A stretch of 64,000 nt of DNA from assembly GCF_054482595.1 (NCBI RefSeq), contig NZ_CM137008.1. One strand, given 5' to 3'. The notes below the pieces were generated by a model. It was not told the origin of the DNA. It saw nothing but the letters and a program-made list of their open reading frames with translations, and made no database searches. Of the stretch, positions 30,442 to 40,927 are shown one piece after another. How positions within the stretch are numbered: the stretch's first letter is position 1; the number at the start of each line of letters is the position of its first letter. Made by a program: the position numbers and the translations under genes.

Positions 30442-32431
30442 ACAACTGGTATTACATAATTTTCGGGTATTTAACGGTACTCACACGATTGATCTGGCTC
30501 CAAGAAAGCGACCACATGAAGTAAACCCTCGTCCGATTGTGCTGTTTGGCGGTTTAAATGGTGCAGGTAAAACGTCTATTCTGTCGGCTATCCGGCTGGC
30601 ATTGTATGGGCGGCTGGCATTTGGGCTCGCGACTCAGCAACAGGATTATATTGAGCATCTTAGTTCGTTGATTCACAAAGGTGCGTACTATATTGAGCAA
30701 CCGGAAGAGGCGGCTGTTGAACTGACCTTTACCTATAATAAGGGTGGGCAGGAATCAGAGTTTACTGTTACGCGAACTTGGAAAAAGGGCAAGAAAGATC
30801 GCCTTTCTTTACAAAAGGATGGCCAACCACTCAGTGAACTGGATTATGATCAGTGCCAGGGGTTTCTTAATGAATTAATTCCTCATGGTATTGCTGATTT
30901 GTTCTTTTTTGATGGCGAAAAAATTGCGGAACTGGCAGAAGATGAATCTGGCAATATTTTGCGCACCGCTGTACGCCGTTTATTGGGCCTGGATCTGATA
31001 TCCAAACTGCGTAATGACTTAATGATTTTCGTTAAGCGCCAACAATCCAGCCAGTTAGCGGAAACTCAGCAACAGCAGATTGAAGTGCTGGAAAAACAAA
31101 GTAGAGACTTAGCTTGTCAGACAGAAGCATTGCTGGAAAAAGCTGATTTTGCCAAATCTAGAATCGAGTTTCTGTCTAAAGACATTATTCGCTATGAAGG
31201 CTTGTTGAATGCGCAGGGCGGTGCATTTGCGCAGACAAAAGCGCAGGAGAAGCAGAAAGTTGAAACACTGCTAAAAGATAAGGAGCGCCTGGAAAAAGCA
31301 CTGCGTCAGGAATGTGATGGATCATTACCTTATGCACTAGCTCCCAATATTTTATCCGAGTTGCTGGAAAAAATTGCTGATGAAACGCAGATCAAACAAG
31401 CTCAAAGCTTTGAAAAAGAGTTAAGGCTATTTTTGGCCCAGCTCAGAAACGATATTGCATTACGCTCTCGTACTACCAGTAAAATTGCAGCCGAGGCGAT
31501 TACTGATAATCTGAACGAATATATGGCAACTAAGCCGAAGGGCGATTTGTTGTTTGATATTTCTGAACGTGAAGCCGGCATGCTCCAGCAATCAATAGAG
31601 CAGGACAGTAAAAAGGCATGGCAGCGCTTCGAGCTTTACCGTATTCAGTTAGCAGAAATTGAACAGCAACTAGAGCAAGCCGCTGCCAATATTGCCCGCG
31701 CTCCGGAAGATGAGCAGTTAATGGATCTTTTTGAAAAGCTGCGCGATCTTGATAAGCAGCGTGAAAATCAGCGGCAAAAATATCTTTCATTGCTGGAAGA
31801 CGCTAAACGGGTTAAGCAACAGCAACTGGATTGTGTCCGTCAGGTGCAAAAACTGCATGATGCGGCCCGCAGTCAGCATGGCTTTAGTAGCGCCTTCAAA
31901 AATGCGCAGGAAACAATTAATTTACTCGATCGGTATAGCGACGTATTAACTCAGGCGAGAGTAAAGACGCTATCTGCTAACTTTGAAGTTGCCTATCGCA
32001 AACTGGCTCGTAAAGAAGATATGCAACTGAGTGCTCATATTAACCCAGAGACATTTGACGTTGAGTTAATTGATGAGAAGGGATCTGTCATTAATCGTAA
32101 GTTACTATCTGCCGGTGAAAAGCAGATTTATGCCATTGCTATTCTTGAGGCGCTAGCAAAAACTTCTGGTCGTGATTTGCCGGTGATTATTGATACGCCA
32201 TTAGGACGTCTGGATTCACAACATCGGGATAAACTAATTAACCATTATTTCCCATTTGCCAGCCATCAAGTGGTGCTATTGTCTACCGATACGGAAGTGG
32301 ATGAACGTTATTTTGTTGACCAATTACGTGATGATATTTCTCATGCTTACGAGATAGTATTTAACACGCATACTAAATCATCAGCGTTGAAGCCCGGTTA
32401 TTTCTGGGAATTAACTAAGGAGGCTATCTGA
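30383..32431 (+). CDS. dndD: DndD, SMC/ABC-like ATPase
   Basis: 682 aa; Walker A GGLNGAGKTS, long coiled coil, C-terminal signature and Walker B (LSAGEKQ...VIIDTPLGRLD). True start may be GTG 30431 rather than ATG 30383. Confidence 0.85.
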   Translation: MSMPANPLYWSARKTNVLIKQLVLHNFRVFNGTHTIDLAPRKRPHEVNPRPIVLFGGLNGAGKTSILSAIRLALYGRLAFGLATQQQDYIEHLSSLIHKGAYYIEQPEEAAVELTFTYNKGGQESEFTVTRTWKKGKKDRLSLQKDGQPLSELDYDQCQGFLNELIPHGIADLFFFDGEKIAELAEDESGNILRTAVRRLLGLDLISKLRNDLMIFVKRQQSSQLAETQQQQIEVLEKQSRDLACQTEALLEKADFAKSRIEFLSKDIIRYEGLLNAQGGAFAQTKAQEKQKVETLLKDKERLEKALRQECDGSLPYALAPNILSELLEKIADETQIKQAQSFEKELRLFLAQLRNDIALRSRTTSKIAAEAITDNLNEYMATKPKGDLLFDISEREAGMLQQSIEQDSKKAWQRFELYRIQLAEIEQQLEQAAANIARAPEDEQLMDLFEKLRDLDKQRENQRQKYLSLLEDAKRVKQQQLDCVRQVQKLHDAARSQHGFSSAFKNAQETINLLDRYSDVLTQARVKTLSANFEVAYRKLARKEDMQLSAHINPETFDVELIDEKGSVINRKLLSAGEKQIYAIAILEALAKTSGRDLPVIIDTPLGRLDSQHRDKLINHYFPFASHQVVLLSTDTEVDERYFVDQLRDDISHAYEIVFNTHTKSSALKPGYFWELTKEAI

Positions 32432-32787
32432 TGCTCCCGAATCGAATGGTGCTGAATCGTCAGACTGAAGAGCAGCTTAAAAGATTGAAAGGGTATACAG
32501 GGATCACACCTAATGTCGCTGCCCGATTGGCATTTTTCCGCTCGGTGGAGAGTGAGTTTCGCTATTCATCAGAACGGGATAATCGGAAACTAGATGGTTC
32601 GCTGGTGTTGGATAAGATTACGTGGCTGGGGGAGACATTACAGACTACGGAATTGGTATTGAAGATGCTTTATCCGCAGTTAGCTCAGAAGGATATGGTT
32701 AAAGCATGGGCTGCGCATGTGGAGGATGGGATTGCGGCGTTAAGGAATCATAAGAGTCTATTAAACTTTATTAAATCAATAGATTAA
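32431..32787 (+). CDS. dndE: DndE
   Basis: 118 aa small protein, 1-nt TGATG overlap with dndD; size and position fit DndE. Confidence 0.7.
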   Translation: MLPNRMVLNRQTEEQLKRLKGYTGITPNVAARLAFFRSVESEFRYSSERDNRKLDGSLVLDKITWLGETLQTTELVLKMLYPQLAQKDMVKAWAAHVEDGIAALRNHKSLLNFIKSID

Positions 32788-32795
32788 GAATTTTT

Positions 32796-32826
32796 AGGCC
32801 ATCCAAATTAACAATATGGATGGCCT
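32796..32826. terminator. Candidate hairpin terminator between convergent dndE and the DGQHR gene
   Basis: 10-bp perfect stem AGGCCATCCA...TGGATGGCCT with 11-nt loop; weak U-tract, so uncertain. Confidence 0.35.
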
Positions 32827-32845
32827 GAACAAAATTTAGTCAATT

Positions 32846-33439
32846 TTAAAAATCTGTTTTGACATTTTCGTTTAAATAATCATATATTTTTCGCTGACCC
32901 ACAGTTGTTGATGTATACTCTGTATTTTTTGTAAACTCCTCAGGATTCACAGTTTTCAATGCAGAGCACAGCTTTTCAATATTTTCTTTGTTAATTTTAG
33001 GCATGTCCATCAATTTTTTACGTAGAAACTGAAATAATGCAGAAATACCGACAGATCTAACTAACACTGTGCCTTTCTCAATACATACATTAGCCCAAAA
33101 ATGATCTTTTATCGCTGAAAAATAAATTTTCAATATTTGCTCTATCGCCTTATCATTGCCTTTTATATAAAACCATCGCAATGGGCTTTTATCCTTGCTG
33201 TTTTTATTATCAAGCCTGCCCCTTCCTTTTTCTTTTTCATCCGAATCAATTGCATTGATGGTATATCTATCAGCACGAGGGTTTTTAGATATTAGTGATA
33301 ATACACCATCAATAAATACAGACGATGATATAGACCAGTCATTTTCAGTAATTTCATTCAATACTCTATTTTTTAATCGTCTGTAGAAAGGATATTCATC
33401 TGTTTTATTAAATTTCTCACTAAAATATACAGCAAGCAA
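32846..33439 (-). CDS. DndB-like DGQHR protein, C-terminal ORF of a gene split by an in-frame TGA
   Basis: Same frame as 33701..34006; the open frame upstream of this ORF contains IIDGQHRLLGF; low-GC region. Confidence 0.6.
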   Translation of the reverse strand: MLAVYFSEKFNKTDEYPFYRRLKNRVLNEITENDWSISSSVFIDGVLSLISKNPRADRYTINAIDSDEKEKGRGRLDNKNSKDKSPLRWFYIKGNDKAIEQILKIYFSAIKDHFWANVCIEKGTVLVRSVGISALFQFLRKKLMDMPKINKENIEKLCSALKTVNPEEFTKNTEYTSTTVGQRKIYDYLNENVKTDF

Positions 33440-33700
33440 ATCAGGAGGCCAATACTCTCTGGATATATCATCAAGAGAGTATCCAAAGAGTCTATATGCT
33501 AAACTTTTAGGAACTTTTTGTTGGTTAAAATTAATTGTTGAAAATATAGTTGCTTGATTGGATGGTGGTAATGAGTTATAAATTGAACAAGGTAATTGAA
33601 TATCTTTATTCTTAGCATACTTAAATCCTAATAATCTGTGCTGTCCATCGATAATAGAACATAATCTTAGATTTATATTCGGTATTATTATCTTATATAA

Positions 33701-34006
33701 TCAATTCTCACTTTTTTTAAACTCCCATTTGTCATCTTCCTTTGCAGGTGTACCATCTTCATTATGATTGACAGAGAGTATGATTGAGTTTGGAAATGCA
33801 GCCTCATCGGAGTCTATGAATTTTGCTATGTCTAAGGCTCTTGGCATAGACTCTTTCCTCTGCACACCTGATATTTCCCCATCATCCATTTCCGCCTGAT
33901 TCACATAAATACATTTCAATAAATCTTCGGCAGACATAACCGTCTGAAAGAATTCGCCGTATGGTTGGGTGACCTTAATTGCATGGATCTCAATAGAATT
34001 AGACAT
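33701..34006 (-). CDS. DndB-like DGQHR protein, N-terminal ORF (ends at in-frame TGA 33701..33703)
   Basis: 101 aa aligning by eye to the DndB N-terminal region; start ATG directly abuts the stop of the upstream membrane gene (TAAATG). Confidence 0.6.
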   Translation of the reverse strand: MSNSIEIHAIKVTQPYGEFFQTVMSAEDLLKCIYVNQAEMDDGEISGVQRKESMPRALDIAKFIDSDEAAFPNSIILSVNHNEDGTPAKEDDKWEFKKSEN

Positions 34007-34525
34007 TTATAGCCCCTCACCTGGCTCATCATTAGAACTCATATTCCTTAATTCATCAGACACTAATGAATCTGGAGTTACAGGGATTTTAAAATCAGGC
34101 TTAACAACGGTAATGGAAAACCATAATATTATAGTTATAATAAGTGATGAAATTAACATGAAATTGACGTCATTTTTTAATCCAAAAAATAAAAAAACAA
34201 ATGATATGAACCATAAAAATATTGAACAAGATATTCTAACTTGTTTACGGTGCCTTTCAGATAAAGAAATAGGATTTTCGTTCTCGTCATCTCTGGATAA
34301 ACACTCCGCGGCTAATACGCCCAATGTGGTAATAATAAATGAAAAAATAGAAAAACCCAACTGCGTATTATCTTTTAAAAATAATGGGCCAATCCATATT
34401 CCGCAGGTTGATACAAATAATGTCACCAAAGATATAAAAATAAATTTTGGCTGAATAATTCTTGGATATAATCCTAAGATATCTTTCCACAAGTTCACCC
34501 AATGTATCATATCATTTCTCGACAT
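34007..34525 (-). CDS. Small 4-TM membrane protein of unknown function
   Basis: 172 aa with four hydrophobic helices and acidic C-terminus; 37 bp downstream of dptH on the same strand; low-GC. Confidence 0.55.
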   Translation of the reverse strand: MSRNDMIHWVNLWKDILGLYPRIIQPKFIFISLVTLFVSTCGIWIGPLFLKDNTQLGFSIFSFIITTLGVLAAECLSRDDENENPISLSERHRKQVRISCSIFLWFISFVFLFFGLKNDVNFMLISSLIITIILWFSITVVKPDFKIPVTPDSLVSDELRNMSSNDEPGEGL

Positions 34526-34562
34526 GCTTTTTACCCTAACCTTGTACTATCTACAAAAATAA

Positions 34563-37500
34563 TCAAAAAACAAGCTCCCAAAACGCTCTATCTCGCATCT
34601 TGCTAACCCGCTTATCCCCATCAACATACAGACTGAAATGTTTTTCAAGCTGCCGAATCTGCCCCATTAACGACTCCTGTTCGCCCTTATCATCCACGTT
34701 GAATACAGCCTTGATATCCGCATTTTTAATTTCGGACACACGATGAATAACCCAGGTTAGAATATATGAAGCGTAATTGTTCTCTCCAGTTTTGAAGTGG
34801 GTAATTTCCTGCGTTGACAGGATCGCTCCAACACCATATTCACGACCTTCCTTAAGGATCTTCCTCAGACTGGAAAAGTCCTGGCGCATAAAGTTATCTG
34901 CCTCATCCACCAGAATCATCTTGGTGAGCTGACGATAATCCCCCTGAATCACTGGCTTGCCGCGTTTTTGCATTTGTGCATAAAACAGATCCAGGGTTAG
35001 CGCAACCACCAGGTTTTGAATCTCTGATGAGTAGCCAGCCAATTCGATAACTGTGACACCATCCACCAGATCATACAGACTCGTCATTTTCTCTGGGTCT
35101 GTTTCAAATATCTGAAACCCAGCTAAGTTATAAAGCGCGGCGTACAATGAGTCTTCTTCTACTTTTTCCTGAGCCAGATATCGCTGCCACACATCTTCTA
35201 TGGTCGGTGCAACACGGTTCCAGGTTGAGCGATCATGAGGCACTATTCCTGCTAATTCATAGCACTCCATGATTAGCGTAACCAGTTTCATACGCTGTTT
35301 CACACCCAGGTTATAGGCTTTCCCCATTGTTTCAGAAAATGCGATTGCGGTATGTCTGGGTAACATGGGCATATCACCAAACAGTGACAAAGGGTTATAA
35401 GGTAGTAACGATAATTGATATTTCTTACCGCCAGTAGCCTTCAGAAAAGCCTCGTCCACATAGTCAGATTTATAATCAAAGATCAGTAAACCAATCGATT
35501 TTCCATCAACGTTACAGGATTGGTTACGCATTAATTGTGTCACCAGCGATTTGGTAAATTGCGTTTTCCCGGTCCCCATCGTACCGATGATGCCTGTGTT
35601 GGTATTCATAAACTTCGTGGTGTTGGTCGGTTCCCAGAATAACGGGGTTTGCCGTGTAGCGTCATGACCAAATAATACTTGTAAGGGTACAGTGCTGACC
35701 TCTGGTGTCGGCTTTGGAATATCAGGTCGTGTGTCTGGCGGTGTCGTTACCTGCACTCCCGATGCTGATGGAGATGGGTGCTCATCACTCTCTGGCTTCA
35801 GACGGTATTTATCTGGTACCCGGTAGCGTTCAGCCAATGGCAATTTACCTTCACGGGTAGTGATTAACGAGGATAGTAATGAATAAGGAATTTCGATCTG
35901 TAAGATATTCGCTGTCGTCTCTTTATAGGAGAGATCGAAGCAAGATCCGCTGTCTACATGTGCAACAACAAAGCCATTAGCATAGTCTTTTAACTCACCC
36001 AACTGATAGTCACCGGTCAACCACCATTCGCGGCGATCCAACAGGGGAGCCAGCTTATCACTGTCCAGCACACCGTACAGCTGAAGTTTCTCTACCTGCA
36101 TCAGCACCTGTCGAATAAAGAGCGCGCGATAAAGTTGCGATGCCAGTGTATGCGGCTCCAGAATATCCTGCTGTAAATAACGTTTAAGCTCAGCAGCCTG
36201 CTGGCCCGCATAGTTGTAATCTGGTCGAGCGCCGGTTTTGACTTCCAGCGGCAGTAAATAGAGACGGTTTTCTTTAAAACCAACAAAGAGCACATCATCA
36301 GAGATTGCGCCTTTACGGTACCCCTGTAGATTTCTTGATAAATCGCTTTCCTTCATCTTTAGCCCGACGTTACCAGATACGCGAATCATTTCGGCTACAG
36401 ATAGCGGTACCCAGCAGATATCAGACTCACTCAGCATGGACTGTACAAATTTATACGCGCCAATGATGCCATATTTCTCTTTGCGCTCTTTTTCACTGGA
36501 GCGCAACATCTTCAGCAACCACTCACCGTTAAAAGCATTAAATTCGGCAAGTAGATGCTGGCTATCAACGGCAGATTGCCCGGACTGGCTTTCGGTCTGG
36601 AGCAGGCGGAGGAATAGATCGACCTGCTTCGTTACCGTCACTGCATCGTAGCCTGCACAACTAGTGTACTGATCGGAATAGTGGATCAGCACAACATCTT
36701 TCTGGCTAGTAAAGAAGTCAAGAGTAACTTTAGGGTCAATAATGGTGGTCCAGAGTGCACTGTTGTAAGAATAATTGAGTAGCTGTTTAAAATTGCCGCT
36801 TACGGCCAATCCAATCCCTTGTCCGTGGTATTGACTGTTGCTCTGACGCGCTGGCTGCCACAGGCAGCCCACTAACCGGGCAAGTCGTAGAGCGCAGTAA
36901 GATTCAGTATCAACATTCCGCAGGCCAAACGCGGTAAAGTAAGCATCCCCCTGTGTTTCAGCTCCTTCTCCGGAAATCAGCCCATGACACAGTACACCGC
37001 TGGCAGCATCCTCAATGCGGATCTGGCGGCAATCCACCGGAGCTGTATTGGTGAAAAACGCCAAATGTGCATAGGCCAATTTGTCGCTTTCTGACGGCAG
37101 GACAAATTTGCTGAACGTTAACCGACTGCGTAACAGGTCAATCAGCATATCGGCCTCAGCTCGCCACGCACCGCGGTTCAGGTCAAGGTCGTTTTTAAGC
37201 TGTTCATAGCTGCCACTCTCGGCAAAGCGATCAAACATATTTGGCAGCAGGCGTTCATCGTAGCAATTTACATGCACCGAAATAGCATGCTCTTTTTCCT
37301 GCTTAAAATATTCCACTAACCCCAGAAACAGTTCTTTCGCTGTTCCCTGATTAATAGCATTAATAATCAATGCATTGTTTCCGGGACTCTGAAATAGCCG
37401 GGCGTAGGCTTCGGTAAATTCATTGAGCTTGTCTTTTACCAAACGTTTTACGTAATCGTGGCTCACCTGGCGCTGGGGAACGACATCGATCCAGAAGCGA

Positions 37501-39638
37501 TTTTCTTCCACCGGCTGCAACTGTGCGTATTCGTGTTCACTGTGGTAAACGAATGGCATCAAGCCGGACACCACCAGACGATCAAGCGTAATGGTCGGTA
37601 GTGTGGCAAATGACGCTGAGTCGTATTGTTCCTGCTCTGCGCAGATAGTTTGTACCAGTTGTAAATGGTAGGCCAACACTAGGGGATGCAACGGGGAGAG
37701 ACGTTCATGACTGTCGACATTACAAATACCCAGATGCAGCAGGCGCTTTTCCTGCGCTGTTAACGCTCTGCTCAACTCGATTTGTTGAAGCGCCTGTTCA
37801 AAGGTCGTCACTATATGGCTTACCAGCGCGCAGTATTCTGCTGACCACGATACTAGGCTAGGTAAAGTACCGCAGCGCTGGTAGTAGAGGAATAATTGGT
37901 CGTAGGCGTTATAGAGATCGGGGTGGATGGCAACGAGTTCATCCAGCGCAAACGCGCTATCGTCATCTCCTGTCCCCAAAAGACGTTGATCAACTAATGA
38001 GGCTTCCAGCGCCAGTAACTGCTGGCGAACACCGACAACCTTGTGTTCGGTATTATCAAGAATGATACGACCCTTCAATCGGTTCCAGGACGCATTCCCG
38101 TCTTCTTTGAACAGTTTATTGAAACGACTCTGGTCAAAAAGTAGCGGTAAGGTTAACCCTTCTTCGGCTCCCGGCCCTTCGATATTGAATGCCAGACAAG
38201 AATCACCTGAAACAAGCTTAAATTGGATCAGATCGCTTTGATTTGCCAGTGTTTCAAAATTCACCAATGCATAATGCTGGCAGTCAATATCACCATTTTC
38301 TTCATCCAGTATACAGACTTGGCTACCCGACTCAGCGATTCGTAGTTCGTTGTCTTCGCGTTGGAGTGTGATTTGTGGTTTACCTGGCTCGATACGGAAA
38401 CAATGCTGAATATCGTCTAGCCAGAATTGTCCTTGTCTGACCAGTAACAGGCGGAACTTGTACTCTTCGGCTGAATTATTGCGATTAGTCAGTTCGAGGC
38501 TAAAGAAGCAGGGATTCCCATCGAAAGGAACCGACGCCATAATACGGGAGCTTTTACCCCCTGCACGACTAATTCGCCAGAAACGCTCTTTTTTTAACTG
38601 ACGATGATGCGCAATTTTTATCTGGTTATCCTGAAGATCGTTGCCCTGAAAGCAAAACTCCAGCTCAGTTTGCGATTGTTCGGGTGGTACCTGTACCAGT
38701 AGGCTGATATCGCGCTTGCCTGCTTTACTTGCGCTTTTCGCCCGTTGCCAAATCACGCCATTTTCGACCGTGATATCATCCAGTACCAGTTTTTGTTCGC
38801 GGTTCTGTTCTTTTTCGTTTAGATAAACAGCGAAATCAAGCTCGCGCCAGTCGTCTTTATCATTGAAATGTTCCTGAATAAATTTGGCGCTGAATTCAGT
38901 TAATACGTTCTCCAGTTGCCCACTGTAGCGTTCAACGCTGTCCTCGATTTGACGAAATAACTTCCTGTTTTCATTCAGTCGGGTATGGAGCTGTTTCTGG
39001 CTAAAATTCAGTAGTTCATCATCTTTAAACAGCGATAGCTCGGAGAAATCCAGATTGCCGTCATCCAGCAGGCGATACAACGACGAGAAGCCAAATACGG
39101 TCGCACCTTCATCCAGTACCGTTGTTCGTTGATCCTTTAATAAGCAACGCGACAACTCTGAACGGTTGTTGTCCGTCGTGATCAACTTTTCCAATTCATG
39201 ACTGAAGGTTTCGGGGTGCCAGATAGCTCCCGGTGCCGCGACGTCTTTTGTGCTGTTAATCAGGGTGTCCAGCATGCTGTTATGAATAATCAGCAGTGCA
39301 GTTTTGGCAAACACCCCGCTGCGGCCAGCAACTTCATCGCGTAAATGGGATATGTAGTTTTCCGTGAATGCTGGCGCTGCGGCTCCGTGCAGCACCGGAA
39401 TAAGCTGAATACCATTACAGGAGAGACAGGCAAGGCGCTGCTCTGGCGCAATTTCCAGATGATTGTCACCTGCCAGGTCAACAAAAGCCTGCCAGAGTTG
39501 TAGAGCATTGTCAGGGTCAGGAGATTTAAACTGGTAACGCTCACCAGGTTGAATAATGCCACTAACCCATTCAATAAAGGTTTCCGCCAGATAGGTTTCA
39601 TACTGTTTTACGGACATACACGGCGTCTCCACTGTCAC
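34563..39638 (-). CDS. dptH: DptH/DndH-like large restriction component with C-terminal HerA/FtsK-type ATPase
   Basis: 1691 aa; C-terminal Walker A GTMGTGKT and Walker B ILVDEADN; third gene of a co-oriented set of three whose sizes match DptF/G/H as I recall them. Alternative start ATG 39617. Confidence 0.65.
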   Translation of the reverse strand: MTVETPCMSVKQYETYLAETFIEWVSGIIQPGERYQFKSPDPDNALQLWQAFVDLAGDNHLEIAPEQRLACLSCNGIQLIPVLHGAAAPAFTENYISHLRDEVAGRSGVFAKTALLIIHNSMLDTLINSTKDVAAPGAIWHPETFSHELEKLITTDNNRSELSRCLLKDQRTTVLDEGATVFGFSSLYRLLDDGNLDFSELSLFKDDELLNFSQKQLHTRLNENRKLFRQIEDSVERYSGQLENVLTEFSAKFIQEHFNDKDDWRELDFAVYLNEKEQNREQKLVLDDITVENGVIWQRAKSASKAGKRDISLLVQVPPEQSQTELEFCFQGNDLQDNQIKIAHHRQLKKERFWRISRAGGKSSRIMASVPFDGNPCFFSLELTNRNNSAEEYKFRLLLVRQGQFWLDDIQHCFRIEPGKPQITLQREDNELRIAESGSQVCILDEENGDIDCQHYALVNFETLANQSDLIQFKLVSGDSCLAFNIEGPGAEEGLTLPLLFDQSRFNKLFKEDGNASWNRLKGRIILDNTEHKVVGVRQQLLALEASLVDQRLLGTGDDDSAFALDELVAIHPDLYNAYDQLFLYYQRCGTLPSLVSWSAEYCALVSHIVTTFEQALQQIELSRALTAQEKRLLHLGICNVDSHERLSPLHPLVLAYHLQLVQTICAEQEQYDSASFATLPTITLDRLVVSGLMPFVYHSEHEYAQLQPVEENRFWIDVVPQRQVSHDYVKRLVKDKLNEFTEAYARLFQSPGNNALIINAINQGTAKELFLGLVEYFKQEKEHAISVHVNCYDERLLPNMFDRFAESGSYEQLKNDLDLNRGAWRAEADMLIDLLRSRLTFSKFVLPSESDKLAYAHLAFFTNTAPVDCRQIRIEDAASGVLCHGLISGEGAETQGDAYFTAFGLRNVDTESYCALRLARLVGCLWQPARQSNSQYHGQGIGLAVSGNFKQLLNYSYNSALWTTIIDPKVTLDFFTSQKDVVLIHYSDQYTSCAGYDAVTVTKQVDLFLRLLQTESQSGQSAVDSQHLLAEFNAFNGEWLLKMLRSSEKERKEKYGIIGAYKFVQSMLSESDICWVPLSVAEMIRVSGNVGLKMKESDLSRNLQGYRKGAISDDVLFVGFKENRLYLLPLEVKTGARPDYNYAGQQAAELKRYLQQDILEPHTLASQLYRALFIRQVLMQVEKLQLYGVLDSDKLAPLLDRREWWLTGDYQLGELKDYANGFVVAHVDSGSCFDLSYKETTANILQIEIPYSLLSSLITTREGKLPLAERYRVPDKYRLKPESDEHPSPSASGVQVTTPPDTRPDIPKPTPEVSTVPLQVLFGHDATRQTPLFWEPTNTTKFMNTNTGIIGTMGTGKTQFTKSLVTQLMRNQSCNVDGKSIGLLIFDYKSDYVDEAFLKATGGKKYQLSLLPYNPLSLFGDMPMLPRHTAIAFSETMGKAYNLGVKQRMKLVTLIMECYELAGIVPHDRSTWNRVAPTIEDVWQRYLAQEKVEEDSLYAALYNLAGFQIFETDPEKMTSLYDLVDGVTVIELAGYSSEIQNLVVALTLDLFYAQMQKRGKPVIQGDYRQLTKMILVDEADNFMRQDFSSLRKILKEGREYGVGAILSTQEITHFKTGENNYASYILTWVIHRVSEIKNADIKAVFNVDDKGEQESLMGQIRQLEKHFSLYVDGDKRVSKMRDRAFWELVF

Positions 39639-40923
39639 TCATTCGCTCCACATTTCCCATACGTTCATAAAACGCTACCAGCGTTTGTGCCGACTGGTTA
39701 TCCAGATAAAATCCGCGCTGTTCAAAGCCGCGCAGCAACTCATGCAGGCGTAGTTTGTCATTTTTACCCACAGTGAGATTGGTCAGCAGCAGCAGACGAT
39801 CCTGATTCAGTACCAGTACTTTTCCCGCCCGACCACGTACCTGAATGAAATCGGTGCAGATCTGGGTTTCAAGCTCGTTGATGTATTTCCGGTTAACTGT
39901 CGCACGATCAGATTTCTTATCCTGAAACTGTTCAACAGCAACGGTTAATAATTGTTTAAAAGCTTCTTCCAGCGTAACGGCTTGCGTATACTTCGATGCC
40001 GAAAGCTCGCGTTTTTCGATAAACTCCTGCAAATAATTATTGAGATCTTGCAGTAATTGAGATGAGTTATCAGAAAAATTTAAGCAATCCTGATAGACCT
40101 GCCAGAGTGGACGCTTCTTATCTCCTTTTATTTGTAGAACTTCCAGCGCGGAGAGTATTGGGAAAAGTTTTTCACTTTGACGAGCGAACCACTTATAACC
40201 AAAGCGTTTTATTTGATCCCGTTCAGAACTGGCTTTTTCAGTGTCGAGAATAAAGAAAAGCGACTTACTTTGTGGCTCGCCGTCCTGCCAGTTGTCCAGA
40301 TTGAGCGCTAGCTGGGCACACCAGCTAAAGGCATATAAACGCAGAGTATTAGTCAGTTCTTGTAACAAATATTGAGGGTGTTCTGCCAAAAACGCCAGAT
40401 CAGACTGAAAACAAGTCACCAGATAGGGAAGGTAGGGTTGTTCTTCAGAGAATGGGCCTTTTCCCAATAACTTTATTTTTTCATTGAGCTTATTTAGCAT
40501 TTGCTGCTCAATGAAGTTCAGCTTATCCTGGATAGGATATTCCAAGCTGAAATCTCCCATTAGATTAGCAAACAGAGTGCCAAGGCGTTTATCGGCCATT
40601 GAAGCGCCACTTATTTTTTCGCCATCAAACTGAGCATGAAATAGTAAAAAAAGCGGAGATACACGAAAGATATCTTCACTGGAAAAATACATCCGTTCCA
40701 GTACAGTCCAGAATGCTGGTTCATCAAGCAATTCTTGCAAATGAGCCTTGCAATCATCGCGAAATTGACTGGGAGTATAGGCATCAATTTTACGCTTCAG
40801 GGCGTAACTAAGCACCAATCCGGTGACAAATTGCCAGTTAATATCATTGTTTTTGTTACGTATCGGCAGATAACTATCCAGTTGATTATTACCTACTTTT
40901 AACGTCGTTGCGATAGGGTACAT
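39598..40923 (-). CDS. dptG: DptG/DndG-like protein
   Basis: 441 aa, no recognisable motif; assigned from position between the DptF-like and DptH-like genes. Confidence 0.55.
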   Translation of the reverse strand: MYPIATTLKVGNNQLDSYLPIRNKNNDINWQFVTGLVLSYALKRKIDAYTPSQFRDDCKAHLQELLDEPAFWTVLERMYFSSEDIFRVSPLFLLFHAQFDGEKISGASMADKRLGTLFANLMGDFSLEYPIQDKLNFIEQQMLNKLNEKIKLLGKGPFSEEQPYLPYLVTCFQSDLAFLAEHPQYLLQELTNTLRLYAFSWCAQLALNLDNWQDGEPQSKSLFFILDTEKASSERDQIKRFGYKWFARQSEKLFPILSALEVLQIKGDKKRPLWQVYQDCLNFSDNSSQLLQDLNNYLQEFIEKRELSASKYTQAVTLEEAFKQLLTVAVEQFQDKKSDRATVNRKYINELETQICTDFIQVRGRAGKVLVLNQDRLLLLTNLTVGKNDKLRLHELLRGFEQRGFYLDNQSAQTLVAFYERMGNVERMSDSGDAVYVRKTV

Positions 40924-40927
40924 TCCA

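Noticed and set aside
33701-33703. TGA in the DGQHR gene as a selenocysteine codon
   Set aside because: No SECIS-like hairpin immediately downstream and no selenoprotein context; premature stop or sequencing error is more parsimonious.
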